Positions 1 through 13,746 are shown, numbered from the whole stretch's first letter. The stretch is 62,065 nt of DNA, filler included, from Choristocarpus tenellus KU-1152 (GCA_964200185.2; 12 parts of 12 records of this genome joined end to end with filler, not necessarily neighbours in it), one strand, 5' to 3'. Numbers and translations: made by a program. The notes: a model not told the origin generated them from the sequence alone.

Positions 1-306
1 CCCCAAGATACTTTGACCCTGGTTGGCATTCCATACTTTTCCATTTTCTACTCCAGAGTATGTTCAATATTGAAGCCCCCCCATAACCTTTATACTATTG
101 ACAAGTACATCAACTAAAACTGTCAACGTGTTTGTCTCTCTCTATGACATGTTAGTGTACGTTTATACTACCCTTATTCCTCAATTGAATACCGAGTGGT
201 ACGAAGTAGTTTTTTATTTATTTATGTCATATTGACTTGTCCTTCTCGAGAGAGCAGTAACCCTCTCTCGTACATTGGTTGGGTGTATAAATTGGTACTT
301 TTCTCT

Positions 307-522
307 TCAACGTATGCTATCGCCAATACCAAAACTCAGACTGCAGGATTTATCGTTCTGTGCTTCAAAACCGTAGTACTCCGTGTACTTCATTTGAGGT
401 TCCGTTAGAAATCGCACTCGTGTTACAGGCGCCCCTCTCAGAAGCTCACCTCCACCGGAGGTATAGCTCCAATCCACAGTCCTATAGATGATACTGATGT
501 AGGTATAGGACTCCTGATGCAC
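307..522 (-). pseudogene. Decayed Ty1/Copia integrase fragment
   Basis: TSGGGELL...YTEYYGFEAQN resembles the Copia integrase SDxGGEF...TxxYxPEQNG pattern; heavily degenerate. Confidence 0.3.
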
Positions 523-2379
523 AAGTCGTCAAATGTGTTGGATCTCTCACTTGGATTATCGTCAAAATCATATAAAAAGGAACTGATCAACTATGTCTTA
601 TCATAATCGGCGACCATAATGACCAAATAAAAAATAAATAATCAAGAAGTACAAATATATCAAATCTAGAACTTCAATGTCATAATGGTGTTTATGAAAC
701 CACCATCAAGATATATCGCCTGTGACATGCCCCCCTAGCATGAAGCATAACTGCTTCGATGCGATAAACATATCCCCTGTGACACTCGATGCCTGGGGCA
801 GTTCACCATCAAAGCATAAGTTAGAGGCAACCGGTAGGTGTTTATTGTAGGCTGGTCACGTAAACCGTCTTGTGCTCTACGTTGGCGGACTGGGATCTTG
901 GTTCGGGCTACAAAGAGACTGATGTTATCCGAGTAGTGAAGGAAGATGACGTCTCTCCCACGGTATGAGGTAGGACCAGCGTATTTGTCGGTCCACTCGC
1001 GCCGTATCCAACATGCCCCTGGCTGAGGGTATGATAAGAGTGCTATAATACGGTTCACTGGACACCACACTTATCTAAAGGAGTGGTATAACTCGTTCAT
1101 CAATGGTGGCTGTCTGAGCTAAGTGGTATATTGAGACGGTCTTTTCAAGTAGGTTGAATAGTTGTTCTGGTTATCTAGTTTCGAGGGGCGATACTACTGT
1201 GTGATATTCTCTATCTGCTTTAAGCAATACGTAGTTTTCTGTTTTCGCGTTTTCTGCCTTGTACTCCGTCTGTCCCACAGGTCTTGTGTCGTTAAATTTT
1301 AGCTCTTGGAGATGACCAACTTAAGTCATTACGCCAGGCATGATGATTGGGATGACATAATTACTTCACACGCAACTGTTAACTGATATTTATGATCTAC
1401 ACGATCCTCTCTGTATATTAATGTTGTTGTAACGTTTTTTTTTATGACAATTCATCAATACTTCCAAGTAGCCATATCTGAAACTACTACTATAGAAGCA
1501 TAGAAAGTTTATCAGAAAATAATGGCATATTTGTGTGTGTTTAAAAAAATATATTTATAGGATATATCTGGTTTATTGTGTACATATATCGTATGAGATA
1601 CCAAAAGAACATGTACGTAGAAAAGGATGTATGGAAAAAAAAAGTATAGAGAAACGTTTACACAGCACACACCATACCCAATTTTTGTGTCCACTTACAC
1701 AATTCAAAGTTTTTTTTACTCACCTTTTGGCTCACTCTGAATCGTGCGTACATGGGTTCTAGGTCCATGAGAAGGGGAGGTGATATGGAAAAGGAGGCTT
1801 GTCTGTTGTCATATAGTTGTTGGCATGTGTGCCACATACCACCATACCGTTTGAGCGTTCTTATCAGGAATCCTGGATCAAAGTTATTGAAGTTATACTC
1901 GGAGTACCTGTGAGGGTGTCAAAAGATACCTCGTAATTAATAGTAGTTTCACCTCTGGACCTCAGGGACAGCAGCAATGGCGCTGCTTTTGGATGAAGAT
2001 TCCTGGAGGTAACAGGTCAGCTTGGACCCTTGCAAAGGTCACATCCAGGAAGAGGCCCTTGTCATGGGATGGATCATTGGGCGCGTTGGACAGTGTACCC
2101 TAGTGTGGAATATATGGCATCCGCATGGATGTTCCTGTTGTTGGCGAAAGGACTCCCATCCCTCAGGGTGTAATATATATGCACATCTGCAGGTTGATAT
2201 TGCCTAATTACCTGGTCATAGGCATGTGCTGCCGCACTTTACCTCCAGACCAACGGCACATACGTGGATGTCCGGATTTGGCATGTTTATAATTTTACGT
2301 AGCAATCTACTATATATATATAAACATTTGAACTGAAGTAGATCATATTGTGCTTAGAACTGGAAAACCTGTGTCATGG

Positions 2380-2770
2380 TATGTATCGATATACTGGAAG
2401 AGTGTGTACTGGAGGCCGCAAATGGGAATGCATCGGTCGTGTCCTATCCTACAAATAAACATACTCTTGTGAAGGCTGTGAGCGAGAATATTGAGGCAAC
2501 TGTTGCACACAAGCAGGGACTATTACTTGTCCAGTAAGTTGCACACATAGGGGATGGATGACTTTCCAAGGATTGATGTTTAGGGAGCTTGAGGCTGGAA
2601 CACGAAAGCAAGGTGGACAGGAAAAAAGGTGGTCTCGTCGGTTTGCCTCCAAGACGAACTTGAGAAAAGGGGCATTGTGGTTGGGAATTGGAGCACCAGG
2701 GTCACTAACCAACAGAAATGTTATGAGTGTGTAGCTGCTGGCATAGCATCTTTCACGACAGAGTGGCATT
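2380..2770 (+). mobile_element. RTE-clade LINE 3' remnant
   Basis: RLMFRELEAGTRKQGGQEKRW matches the RTE ORF C-terminal pattern LxFGELxxGxRxxGGQxKRW; stops and frameshifts nearby. Confidence 0.55.
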
Positions 2771-2948
2771 CAGGAAGCTGAGATGGCTCATGTACCTCGT
2801 TCTAAAGTAGCAGCTAAGGCTGGGCGACAACATCACCACCATCACTGTTTGTTGAATGCTGCTTTCTCCTTGGATTCTCTTTCGGATGGGTTTCTCGCAT
2901 CTGTTTTTCATTGGTTGTCTTCTTCTCTTTGTTTTGACCAGAGAGGGG

Positions 2949-3048
2949 NNNNNNNNNNNNNNNNNNNNNNNNNNNNNNNNNNNNNNNNNNNNTTAATTAA
3001 TTAANNNNNNNNNNNNNNNNNNNNNNNNNNNNNNNNNNNNNNNNNNNN
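2949..3048. other. Artificial contig linker (44N-TTAATTAATTAA-44N); same linker at 6400, 9166, 17334, 22052, 24756, 36543, 39482, 47685, 50359, 57898
   Basis: Identical 100-bp N-flanked six-frame-stop spacer repeated 11 times. Confidence 0.97.
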
Positions 3049-3625
3049 GTGTGGACTGTTCGGTGGGAGTATGTAAACGCGCCTTTTCTCTCTTTTTTTC
3101 AAACGGAACCCCGGGGGTGGCCCCCCCCCCCCCCCCCCCCAGATACTTTGGGTCTGCAGTTGTGTATGATTTGGTTGGACATTATCTCCAAATATCACAG
3201 GGATTTATAATAGATGGCATTATTGACCCCAACATTTCCCTGTAAAGTAAGGTATGGAGATCACTACAGCATTTGACACGAATATTACAAGTAATTTGAC
3301 GAATACTGCCAACTTTGATATATCTTTCTTGGTTAACTCGGGTATCACAAAACCCTTTACAGATTTTTTGTTTTTCCTGAATCTGAAAATATAACTAGAA
3401 TTGGTCAACTTTGTTATTTGCGACATTGCCAATAGATGTATCGGTTATACAAAAATCTACAAGTGTAGTAATTGCATGATGATGTCGTAGAATCCAGTGC
3501 ACATTTCTCCCATTCTGAGTATTAATATGTGCATGTGTGTGTGAATCCCAAAGAACTATTATTTATTTACTTCCTTCATTTGGGATTAAATGTAACATAT
3601 CTTTTGCAATCTCCATTCTTGCTCA

Positions 3626-3889
3626 GAGAGAAAGCATCTTAGAGGGTACGAATTTTGCCCTGTTTGTCCATATGGGGCTTGGCTTCCCACAGTTTCTTTT
3701 TTACATTATACCTGCTCCGATCCGAAACATTTCAGAGCAGGTAAAATGTATACATTATGAAAAAGTGTGCTTGGATCAAGGATATTAACACTTCCTAACA
3801 AATACAATAGCCAAAATTACATCAAAATCGTATCATTAAATTTTGGTCCCCAAATGTACGCGGTTCTACCCTCTAAGATGCTTTGACTC
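3626..3889 (+). mobile_element. MITE family A copy
   Basis: GAGAGAAAGCATCTTAGAGGGTA...TACCCTCTAAGATGCTTTGACTC; the interior matches the other copies. Confidence 0.9.
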
Positions 3890-4559
3890 TCTGGAAGGAC
3901 CCACCTGATGTGGTGGCACAATGCCGGGAGGAGTTGCTACATGCGAATAGTGCGAGTATTTCTTCTCGCGTTCTAACAAGCGCGAGCAATATACACGCGT
4001 GGGGAACCTTGTAAAGAGAAAATCCGATTTGCTAAAGGTTGCAAACTAAGATCTCTAACTTGGGAATGTTGCAACGGTTTTCAGATGTATTCCAACAATC
4101 TGTTAGCCAAAACAAATGAACAGTAAATGACAGTGATAAAAATATTGAAGAGCCTTGGATAATCAATCCCCTCTCATCAGTCCTTTTCTTAATTCCGATA
4201 CCAAATTCATATACTGATATTGACTGAGAAAAGTACCCCTGTTCTGCTGAACTGACGTTTGACTAACTTGATGTGTGATGGACTCCTCTGGACTGTTGAA
4301 GTATCCTGAGAGGTTCGCACGAGCATCAGCATTTTCTATAGGCTTGTGGATTGGAGCTATACATCCTGTGTAGGTGAGCTTCTGGAGTGTGCTGTAACAG
4401 AGTGGGGGTGCGAAGCTAAAATGCCCTGAGGGATGGCAGCAGCCAATACGGACTGAATTTCCCTAATCACCGTGTTCCGCCATCTGATAGAGTATGACAG
4501 TCAGATCGCGTAAGGTGAATGCATGGACCTTGTACAATATTGCAAGGGGCGATCTGGCT

Positions 4560-5690
4560 GCTGTACAAGTGTCCTCAATGTTTGGGGGATGTACCATTGA
4601 TACATCGTACATTCTTCCACAAATGGACGGCCAAAGCTGGGGTCTCCTTTGCCTTGTTCTTGGGATCTGGCAAGCACGAGAAGGTGAAGTGAAGAAGGTC
4701 AAGTGGTGGATTATGCCAGTCCTTTCAGACCTTCAAATAGTCAACAAGGTGGGTTTCGTCATCAGCCTCACACACAGGAGGGTGAGAAGTGGGGTATTAG
4801 TGGGCAGTATGTATGACTGGGTGGATGTGAACAAGAAGTGAGTTTACATCGTCAAAGATGAGCAAGGTGTGTACATGTACCCCACTTCAGGCACAGAATA
4901 AGCGCTACAGTACGAAGCTGGTGTTCCTTACAGCTGTAGTCTGTCCTAGGAAGCTCTCCAACGTGGTGTGGTTCGATGGAAAATTTGGGAACTAGCCAAT
5001 CATGGACACTAAGGTCATTCACGGCTCCAGCAAATACCGGCCCAAGGGCACCAAGGTGCTTGTGCCAGTCACGGTAGATGGGGAGAGGAATAAAAAGCTC
5101 ATGATGGAGGATGTCATCCTGGCAATCAAGGCCAGCATGCCTAGGCTGGAGGCTCAAAGTATCTTGGGGGGGTGGCGCCTGTCCATTCAGGATCCATTTT
5201 TCCATGTCACGATATTTGGGTGATTTGGTTGCATGCGTCGGATGGATAGTGTAAGTTCACTTGTCCTGGTCAAGGCCTGAATCGACACCCTGGTGTAGCC
5301 CCCCCCCCCCCCAGATACATTGACCTGGAAGGACACACCAACTTCGTGCACCAGAACAGGGCAAAGTTGCATACAAAGAGGGGGGATCATGGAGGCAATC
5401 AAGGAGGTGGCAAGGGACAACATTTTCATATAGACCTACCCGGGCAACTCACCTTACGTCAACGTCAATGAACTGGGATTATTTCATTCCATCCAGCAAC
5501 TGAAGGAAGACGTGGAGGTGACCAACAGAGAGGAGCTGATGGAGGCCATAATGGAGGCATTCGATGTGTACCCCTGGGAGACACTAGAGTGCGTCTGGCA
5601 GACCCTCTTCGCAGTCTACGATGAAGTGTGGTGATCCAAGGTTGACAACGTCTTCAAAATTTCCCCATCTTGGTAAGGAAAAGGCCGAGA
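4560..5690 (+). pseudogene. Tc1/mariner (DD39D-like, plant/stramenopile type) transposase pseudogene, interrupted by MITE B
   Basis: MYDWVDVNKK*VY (~VHIDEKWFY), SKYRPKGTKVLVPVTVDG, GHTNFVHQNRAK (~IFVQQDxAKPH) and PGNSPYVNVNELGLF (~PxNSPDLNVLDLGFF); catalytic residues are mutated. Confidence 0.8.
5151..5325 (+). mobile_element. MITE family B, complete copy (G/C-tract TIRs)
   Basis: GGCTCAAAGTATCTTGGGGGGG...CCCCCCAGATACATTGACC flanked by TGGA/TGGA; removing it restores the mariner reading frame (RLE-GHT). Confidence 0.88.
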
Positions 5691-5857
5691 AGGTGGACAA
5701 ATTCCCCCCAAATGCCTCAGTGGATGCAGCAAAGTACCATGCTCGAATGGTGTTTTGGAGGGCTTCGGTGGAATCATAGGTAGAGATATAGGCAGCCCCA
5801 TTTTGCTTGAGATTTTGGTGGGGCAACCTTTTAGTGTCTGCATAAATATACCCATAA

Positions 5858-6115
5858 GAGCCAAAGTATCTTAGAGGGTAGAGCCGCATCCATTTGAGGG
5901 TCAAAATCCAATTTTGCGATTTCGATGTAATTTTGTCTATCGTGTTTGTTAGGAAGTGCCAATATCCTTGTTCTGGACACACCTTTTCATAACATACACA
6001 TTTTACCTGCTCTGAATTTTTTTCGAGTAGGAAAATGTCATATGAACCCCACCGGAAGCCAAGCCCCAAATGGACAAACAGGGCAAAATTCGTACCCTCT
6101 AAGATACTTTCACTC
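5858..6115 (-). mobile_element. MITE family A copy
   Basis: TIRs GAGCCAAAGTATCTTAGAGGGTA / TACCCTCTAAGATACTTTCACTC; ATAA duplicated on both sides. Confidence 0.93.
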
Positions 6116-6652
6116 ATAAAATATGAACATGTGAAAATATTCTTGCTTCTTCATCGGGGCTGCAAAGGCCATGTTAAATTAGATTCCGAACGGAGGAAGT
6201 ACTATTATTGTCGGCTGGAGGCAGAGTCAGTCAGTAGCATTGTAGTGTCTGTGAACAGTTGTTTTATAGGAAACTACTCATAAGCTGATGCTATGAAGGC
6301 GATCTAGGAACAAGCAAGGAAATAGGAAGGTGTCACATGATGAGCTTGTAAAGTCCTGCTTTGACCCATATCTGAGGGGGGGAGGGGGGTGTACACCAGN
6401 NNNNNNNNNNNNNNNNNNNNNNNNNNNNNNNNNNNNNNNNNNNTTAATTAATTAANNNNNNNNNNNNNNNNNNNNNNNNNNNNNNNNNNNNNNNNNNNNA
6501 ATAAAAAAAACACCATAGTTCCCGGAAAAAAAATTTTTACACAAAAAAAAAAAGGCGAAAAGGGGGGGGGGGGGGGGGGGGGAGTGGAGGGGAAAACATA
6601 TCTTGCACAACAGCTGTATGCAGTAAAAAAAATGATATTTTAATAAGACCAC

Positions 6653-7464
6653 CCTTGTACTCAACAGCTGTATGCATTCTTCGAAATCCTTGTTGGTCAG
6701 GTGAAGACCTGCCAATGCCAGGGTAGCATCAAGGTAGAAGGGGTCCAGGCTCAGTGCCAGCTCATATGCTTTCTTTGCCTGAGGGTTTACCACATTAGGG
6801 CAGAAGTGCACTGTACGTGTTATGCATATGGGGGCTGTAGGGTCATAATTCAAGAGCTGATTATAGCCAAGTGCCCGCAGAGGTTCACAACTACTTCTCC
6901 TGAATATAGCCAGTGCGGTGTTGCCTCCACCGGTCCGGATGGTTTTCTTGCTCCAATGCAACAATGCTGTTCTAGTAAACACTGCTAATGTATGGACAAG
7001 TACACGTTGGAGTGACCTGATCCTTCAGTGATGAGATCTCTCACCGTAGACTCGGGTGATGTGGAGTGTTCACAAGGCACAAATATTTAACCAGTGACCC
7101 CCCGACGGTTGCACCCAATGAGTTCTCAGTGTTGCGGACGGGAATCAGTACACAAAAATCCCAAAATAGCTACTCTAGAAATGCTTTACACGATGGAGGG
7201 ATCTCCAACGCTAGGCAGAGCTGATGCGCAGCAGTGTAGCCGGTTTGGAAAATGTACTTTTGGGAGTGCAGGGATGTGTTGGGGGGAGGGGAGCAGGTAC
7301 CCTTACCTTAGCCTTGTTGTCAACTCCGTTGGTAGTGATTCGCTCCCAAACATTACCGTTGAGCAAGACTGTCCTGGCATCCTTTGGCATAACCTTTGCC
7401 GCCTCCTTCGCAACAAAACCTGCTTCATTTATCTTTCCTGCCTGAAGGTATGAGTTCACCAGTC
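6653..7464 (-). CDS. ANAPC7: Anaphase-promoting complex subunit 7 (TPR), two internal exons: 7307-7464 and about 6653-6778
   Basis: LVNSYLQAGKINEAGFVAKEAAKVMPKDARTVLLNGNVW...AK / AKKAYELALSLDPFYLDATLALAGLHL resembles APC7 C-terminal TPRs; canonical AG/GT borders. Confidence 0.75.
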
Positions 7465-9081
7465 CTGTGGAAGGAAGAGGAGGTAAAGGGGGCGAGGGAT
7501 GGAGGGTAAAAACCTGTGTGCTGTGTCCTAAAACATAATAGGCAAGTGTGGAAGGCGCATGTGGTCAGGGAAAGGGGAGGAACTAGGGAACTATCTAGAT
7601 TTAGCCCTAAGCTCATCCTTAATCCTAATACAAACACAAAAAAATACCACTTCCTGATATAGCTTCTTCCAGAGCATACTCAGAGGTAGGGGTGAGTAGA
7701 CTCGCCACATTGGTTGCAAAGGGGGGGAGTGTGGGGGGGTGAGAACTAAGATATCTTGTGCGAAATGATGGGATAGACTTACCAAAAACTTGATACAAGG
7801 GTCTGGTTTTCAAAACGGCTGGGGATTGGAGGGGGGGGGTATGGTAATTTTTCTTAGGTATACTGCAAAGGTAGGTCCATTCAAGTCTGAGGTAATAGAT
7901 TTCAGTCAATTACCACAACACTGAAAAGTGTCCATGCAATGAATCAGACATTCACATTTGTTTGCCTACATCTGGTCTTCGCTTTTCCATGAGTAAATCC
8001 AAGGAGTTGCATGGCAGAAACAATCCAAACGAACACCTTGGGGATAAAACAAGCATTCGCAAAAAAAAGTAGCTCTCAATAATGAGTCCAACTTTGTGAG
8101 CTGCACGGCACTAACCCTACATCACTGTTGAAGCAGGAGCAAAGGACCACATCAATCACTCCATAAACATGTGAGGTTTTATCACACAAAAAAGGCAAAG
8201 ACCGATATATACATACATACATATATATAACATCCTCATCAAGAGCAAAGGATGTTGAGTGTATTGCCTAGTTAAATGTTAATGTTTCTAGACTGATGGC
8301 ATGTATGTACAACCAACCTGTCAGTACACATGAATGTTACGAGATTTTTCCTCTCCCATGGCGTGCTTCCGAAAAAATTATACGAGATGTTTTTGTATTT
8401 ACTCTTTTCAGCAGAAAATTTGCACAGGTCATAAAAGACAAAACTAAAGCTCACAGTTAGGCAACGTTGCCTGCTGGATGCATTGGTCTGTCACCATTTG
8501 ACTTGTACGCAGAGAACTCTTTACTACTACAACAGTACTTACAACACCCAATCCTCGAAAATATTCTTCTCAAACAAGAGGGTTGGGGGAAAGGATTAAC
8601 AAAGCTCAGGCATTCTTGGTAACAACTACCGGAAAATAGTCGACTTGGACTATGATACTGCAGATTGCAGTGGGGATTGGTGAGACATGCACTTCATACC
8701 CACAAAGAATTTGAACGTAGTGTGTGGACATAGGAGTTGTATATCATCTTCTATAAACATTCACAAATGAGATGGATGCACATGCTCACCTGTAAGAGAC
8801 GAGCACCAACAGTTTGGGCATAGTATTGACACACTTATCACACCCCACAAACTTTAGAAACTTAATGGTTTGAACACATTCCAAAAAGATAAATCAGCTG
8901 GTGAACTTTCCAGCACGTGTTACATTGCCAAAGTGGAAAAAATTATTTTAAAGTACATATGAAAAAGATTGACTCTCCTAAAGATGGACACACACAGATT
9001 CACCTATATGTGGACATAGAACACACACACACACACACTCACTCACTCACTCTAGAGTAGTCACACATAGTAACAGCACCA

Positions 9082-9095
9082 GGGTCAAAGTATCT

Positions 9096-9127
<32 letters not shown>

Positions 9128-9165
9128 CGCTGTGCCGAGGGGGGAGGAGAACCCCACCGACCCCC
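9082..9165 (+). mobile_element. MITE family B end at a contig break; other partial copies at 1-19, ~3049-3154, 9266-9305, ~24907-24958, 36643-36662, 39582-39606, 47785-47876, 57998-58018
   Basis: GGGTCAAAGTATCT followed by a long G run, or its reverse complement, next to linkers. Confidence 0.8.
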
Positions 9166-10167
9166 NNNNNNNNNNNNNNNNNNNNNNNNNNNNNNNNNNN
9201 NNNNNNNNNTTAATTAATTAANNNNNNNNNNNNNNNNNNNNNNNNNNNNNNNNNNNNNNNNNNNNCAAATGGACAGCCGCCACCCCCTCCCAGATACTTT
9301 GAGCCTGATAGCTCCAAATAGTAGATAGCACCATTATCATGTTACAAAAATGCTATTGCCCTGTATAGCCAAAAAATACAATTGTATTGAGATGTAGAAA
9401 CGAGTCCTTAGACCAATTCCAAACCCATGACTTCCAACTCTAAGTACCTTTCGAATTGCTCAATGCATCAATATGTAGAATAGGATCCATGTTCCAAAGT
9501 GTTTCCTCTCCAAATGAGAGGGCATTCCTTGGAACCCCACAATCTTAGCCCTTGTTGAGCTCAATAAACCAACCCTCTACTCCAAAGCCAAGGTGTGATT
9601 TGCTTTCAAAAAGAACACTCCAACCACACCCTGAGCCTCTCTTGAATTGTACCCTATATTGCGCCCAATTACCAACCTCCGTATAAAGCGCGTATACCCT
9701 GCATCACAGTCTATGGTGATTTTTGCAAGTATACCATCCTATCACTTACCAATAGTTTATTCACTGGTGTCACATAATATCACGCTGCCCTGCCCAGGGG
9801 TCATGTCCATGTTGAGCCTACTACTGAGGTGGGCCTGTGACATATCTTCTGCCCATCACCCAACCACTTGTCACATCTTTGGATTCAAGAAGAGTAGGAT
9901 TGATTCTGGTGGTAAAATTCTTTCCTCAAAATGAGGCAGCATCCAGTATGGCAGCGAGGATAACTACTGTATTCCCGAACTCCTCGTTCATGCCTTTTTA
10001 CCCTAGGTTTGCAATGATCCTGGCTTGGCCACAAGGATGTTGGAAGGGAGGATAGTTCCTGCATTAGCACAATTCTCAGACCGGGAACCTACCTTTGAAT
10101 CTCTGGATCTTGACAAGGTATGGAAGCAGTTATTAAAAAACTACAGACACATTTTCAACTAAAATGA

Positions 10168-10425
10168 GAGTGAAATAATCTTAGAGGGTATGGGTTTTGC
10201 CCTGTTTGTTCATTTGAGGCTTGGCTTCCCTCGGGGTTTTTATGGCATTTTCCTTCTCCCAAATATTTCGGAGTAGTTCAAATGTGTACGTTATGAAAAG
10301 GGGTGTCTGGAACAAGGATATTGACACTTCCTAACAAATACAATAGCCAAAATTACATTGAAATCGCAACATTGGATTTTGGCCTCCAAATGGACGCGAC
10401 TCTACCCTCGAAGATACTTCGGCTC
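10168..10425 (+). mobile_element. MITE family A copy
   Basis: TIRs present; ATGA/ATGA TSD. Confidence 0.92.
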
Positions 10426-10579
10426 ATGACTGCAATAGGGATGAAAGACACAACCTCGACCTAATGTGTAATATCCTGAGGAGAATGTGACCTTTGTGAT
10501 TGTGTTCTGTCATGATTTATGTGCTGGTACATTGGTGTTTGCTTTGGTGACCTGAGGGGGTCCATTATTTTATATTAAG

Positions 10580-11990
10580 TATTTTATGTGGATGGCATGT
10601 CCTTGTCTCTATCCGGGAGATTCTTTAGGTACGAGGATGGCAACCTCATAACTAGCAGTTGGCAGACGCCATTATAAACAACAGCTGAACTGAAAGTACA
10701 TGGTATATTTCAAAGCATCGAGAGGAGTCTGAGCATCCCCCCTCCCCTATCTGTTGATCCTCTGTAAGAATATATATACCTGGATGCACTTAGAGGTTAG
10801 TAGAAATGTTGTGGAGTAGTTTTTGGAGTATACCCTAGAGAAAATAACTGTGTGGGACCATTCCTAGTCTCAAACCCAGCGAGAGGTGTGGTGAATGATC
10901 ACTTTGAGAGGTTGTGATGAGTGCTAATGCACATGATTAGATTCATACTCTTTAAGTTTGCAGTGGTATTTATTATTGATGTGTTGTTAATCAAGTGCTT
11001 GGAGCATGTCAGTGTGATTGATGCATTAATAATGGTCAAAAGCTTGCAGAGTAGTAGTAGCAATATCAATTGTTGTTTCCTTTGTCTCATTTTCGACCTG
11101 ATACACCAACCCGAGGGAGAAGGTAGTGCCTGGCAATTTACTAATAGATGGAATTAGTCATCTGGGGGGATGGATTTCCTCCTGGTGTGATGCTCAAGAG
11201 CACAAAATGTGAATAGTATGCATTGTACTTTGTATCAATATGAAAGGCAGAAGCGAGAAATAGGTAAACCCCATATACTACTCCGAGTACATATTGCTAT
11301 CCCTGCGCAGGTCTTCCTATACGCTTGAATGCCGTTTTTCAAAAGGCTTGATGTGCATTTTGAAGTTTTACAATTCGGAATGATGGTGTGTGAGGGCGGA
11401 AGAGTGTGATTGGCTTGAGGAAGAGAGCTGAAATCGCAGTGGCTCAAGAGTTTACTGTTGGAAATAGAGAACCTCTTGGGTCAGGATCCGGTTAAGTCCC
11501 TGCTTCAACAGCAACTTCATCAGTTTCTAATGCCCCAGAATATATTTGGATGAGGATGATGCATGGTCGAAGCACCTTAGCGTTGTTATGCTTTCGATAT
11601 CCTCACTCTGTGACGGACTGCTGCAGGTGCTTAGAGCTCCTGAGGCAACAGAGGAAGACAGCAATGACGATGAGGCTTCAGAGGACCAAGAAGGCGACGA
11701 GTGATTCCGCAGAGGAAGAAGGGAGAAGATCAATCCCAAATGTTGAAACCCTGAGCTACCCAGGACCTCAAATCCGTGGTTTAAACAAGAGGCGCCAAGT
11801 CTCAGAATTCCTTAAGACCTGTCTGGCCACTTCTGTGTATTTCTGTAACACGTACAGCACACCCTACACCACAGGGCATCCAGACTGAGCTATAATACGA
11901 GATTGGTGTATGGCAAGAGGACTACGTCTTGTGTAGGTGGTGCGATGTGGATGTGCATACACCTAGCAGTGAGCTGCGGAAAGGTATTAA
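10580..11990 (+). pseudogene. Decayed piggyBac-like transposase
   Basis: YVDGMSLSLSGRF (~VDEsmixFxGR), SGGMD (~MGGVD), an acidic linker, then a degenerate Cys/His tail (DLSGHF...C..C); many stops. Confidence 0.45.
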
Positions 11991-13746
11991 CTTAAACTCA
12001 TTCCCCAGTTGGAGGTTCTACAGGCCATGCACACTTCTTTTTTGAGTTCCTCGTTTTCTGGAAAAGTTTGAACACAATTAAACCGTGCGGACCTAAGTAG
12101 CTCGGTATATTGAGATAAAAAAAAACGATGGGGAAGAATCTATTGTTGTGGTTTCTCTGAGGAACGTAATCACGACAGATGGTGCTAAAATATCTTTCTG
12201 AGAATGATGCACATGATGGAGAGTGATCCAAAAAAGATTCCTCAAAGGTTTGCTATATTATAGTGTGTACCTATGTTTGCACAAAAACTAAGCAGTCTGG
12301 ACTGGTCATTTGCAGTGTATACTTGGACTACAGGTAGGTCCTGACCAAGGGGGAGGGGAGGGGATATGAGAGCAGTTACAACTATCTACACTTTTCTTTG
12401 AATAACAGATGCAACTAAAGGTTTACTTGAGTCATGCTAAGATGAACGGGACAAATAAAAACAAAAAAACAACACTAGGGGATACACACAAGGTATTATG
12501 ATAAGCAACACTCAGATGCAAGATAGTAGCCTATACCCAACATTAACTGACAATAAGGAATGTTCTTTCACCTTGCAACATTCCCAAACTCCTCAAACTT
12601 TGGCCTCATCTCCTGAGAAATCATGACTCAAAAATCACCACCACTCATAAAAGAAAGATGCTGTAAACATGTCCATACACAATACGCAGTTGTCACATCA
12701 CACACAACAAACAAGTACCTATCATATTGCACTATGTAGTAGTTACTGTGTGCATGGGTACTGGGCGGGTGGGGAACGAAGAGGCAACACCCTAACTTAC
12801 AACACAAGATATGGTATACATACAAGAGTAAAAAGAAGTAAAAGCTCAACCGTTTTTTGAAGAAAAATAGATCAACAATGGTGACAAATTATACAAAGTA
12901 CTCCGAAGCATAGAACTACATTGCACTTGGGTTTTTCACTTAGAGAGATACTGTCTTCATCTACAAAAAAAAAATTCTCTGCAAGCAGTAGTCTGTTCTA
13001 GTTACACAAAAGTGACCACGCTACATGGTGTTCTGGTGAGACAAACAGCCTAACAAAAACTAACTTTCCCAACAGATGCCGTATCTCAACCTACAGCAAA
13101 AGATGAATTGCAACGAACTATTTTGTTCTCACACACCATGGTACCAAGAACACAGTTGTAGCATCCTGTACAATCTACCTTGTATAAATTAAACCTGTTA
13201 CCTCCACACCACCTGAAATGAGTACCAATTCCCAAAGCACAAAAAAAAAATCAGTGGTCCATTGATAGTATACACAATGTAACATTCCAGGCAGGTCTCT
13301 AGGCTTGCACTAATAAAGGCAATGCCTGCCTGAGACACAGCATGCAGATTGCCAAATTTATAGACGCAAAGTACAGCAACAGGGCTGGGGTTGGTAGGTT
13401 CATCCACAAACGGCGGGAAGAAGGTAGGGGGCGCAACTAAGAAGTATGAACAGTCCACCCAACATACAACCCTAAAATAAAAAAAAGGGTTGTCAGGAGC
13501 AAGAAACAGATGGAAACCTCAACTTCACACACAAAACAAAATGTATTTCCTTCATGTAGCGTTCCTTCCCTTACCATACATCTTCACACCCAAACCCAGC
13601 TGTCCCCTCCTCCCGGTAATGATCTGTCTTGCCAGAACGGTAGTCTAAGAGGTAGGGCAAGAAAAAAACTGTGTCAGTATCTACACATATGACCATTTTC
13701 ACCTTCTCTCTAATGCCCCTATACTCAAAAATGACCTTGAGATTCC

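Noticed and set aside
2993-3004. Recurring palindrome TTAATTAATTAA
   Set aside because: Artificial scaffold linker between N runs, not biological.
5584-6117. Recurring short ORFs beginning ESILEGTNFALFVH (also 3537, 25437, 40234, 56002-56657)
   Set aside because: Chance frames through MITE-A; the reading frames are not conserved between copies.
6500-6650. Duplicated CAACAGCTGTATGCA next to the APC7 exon
   Set aside because: Lies in low-quality, homopolymer-rich sequence at a contig edge; likely misassembly.
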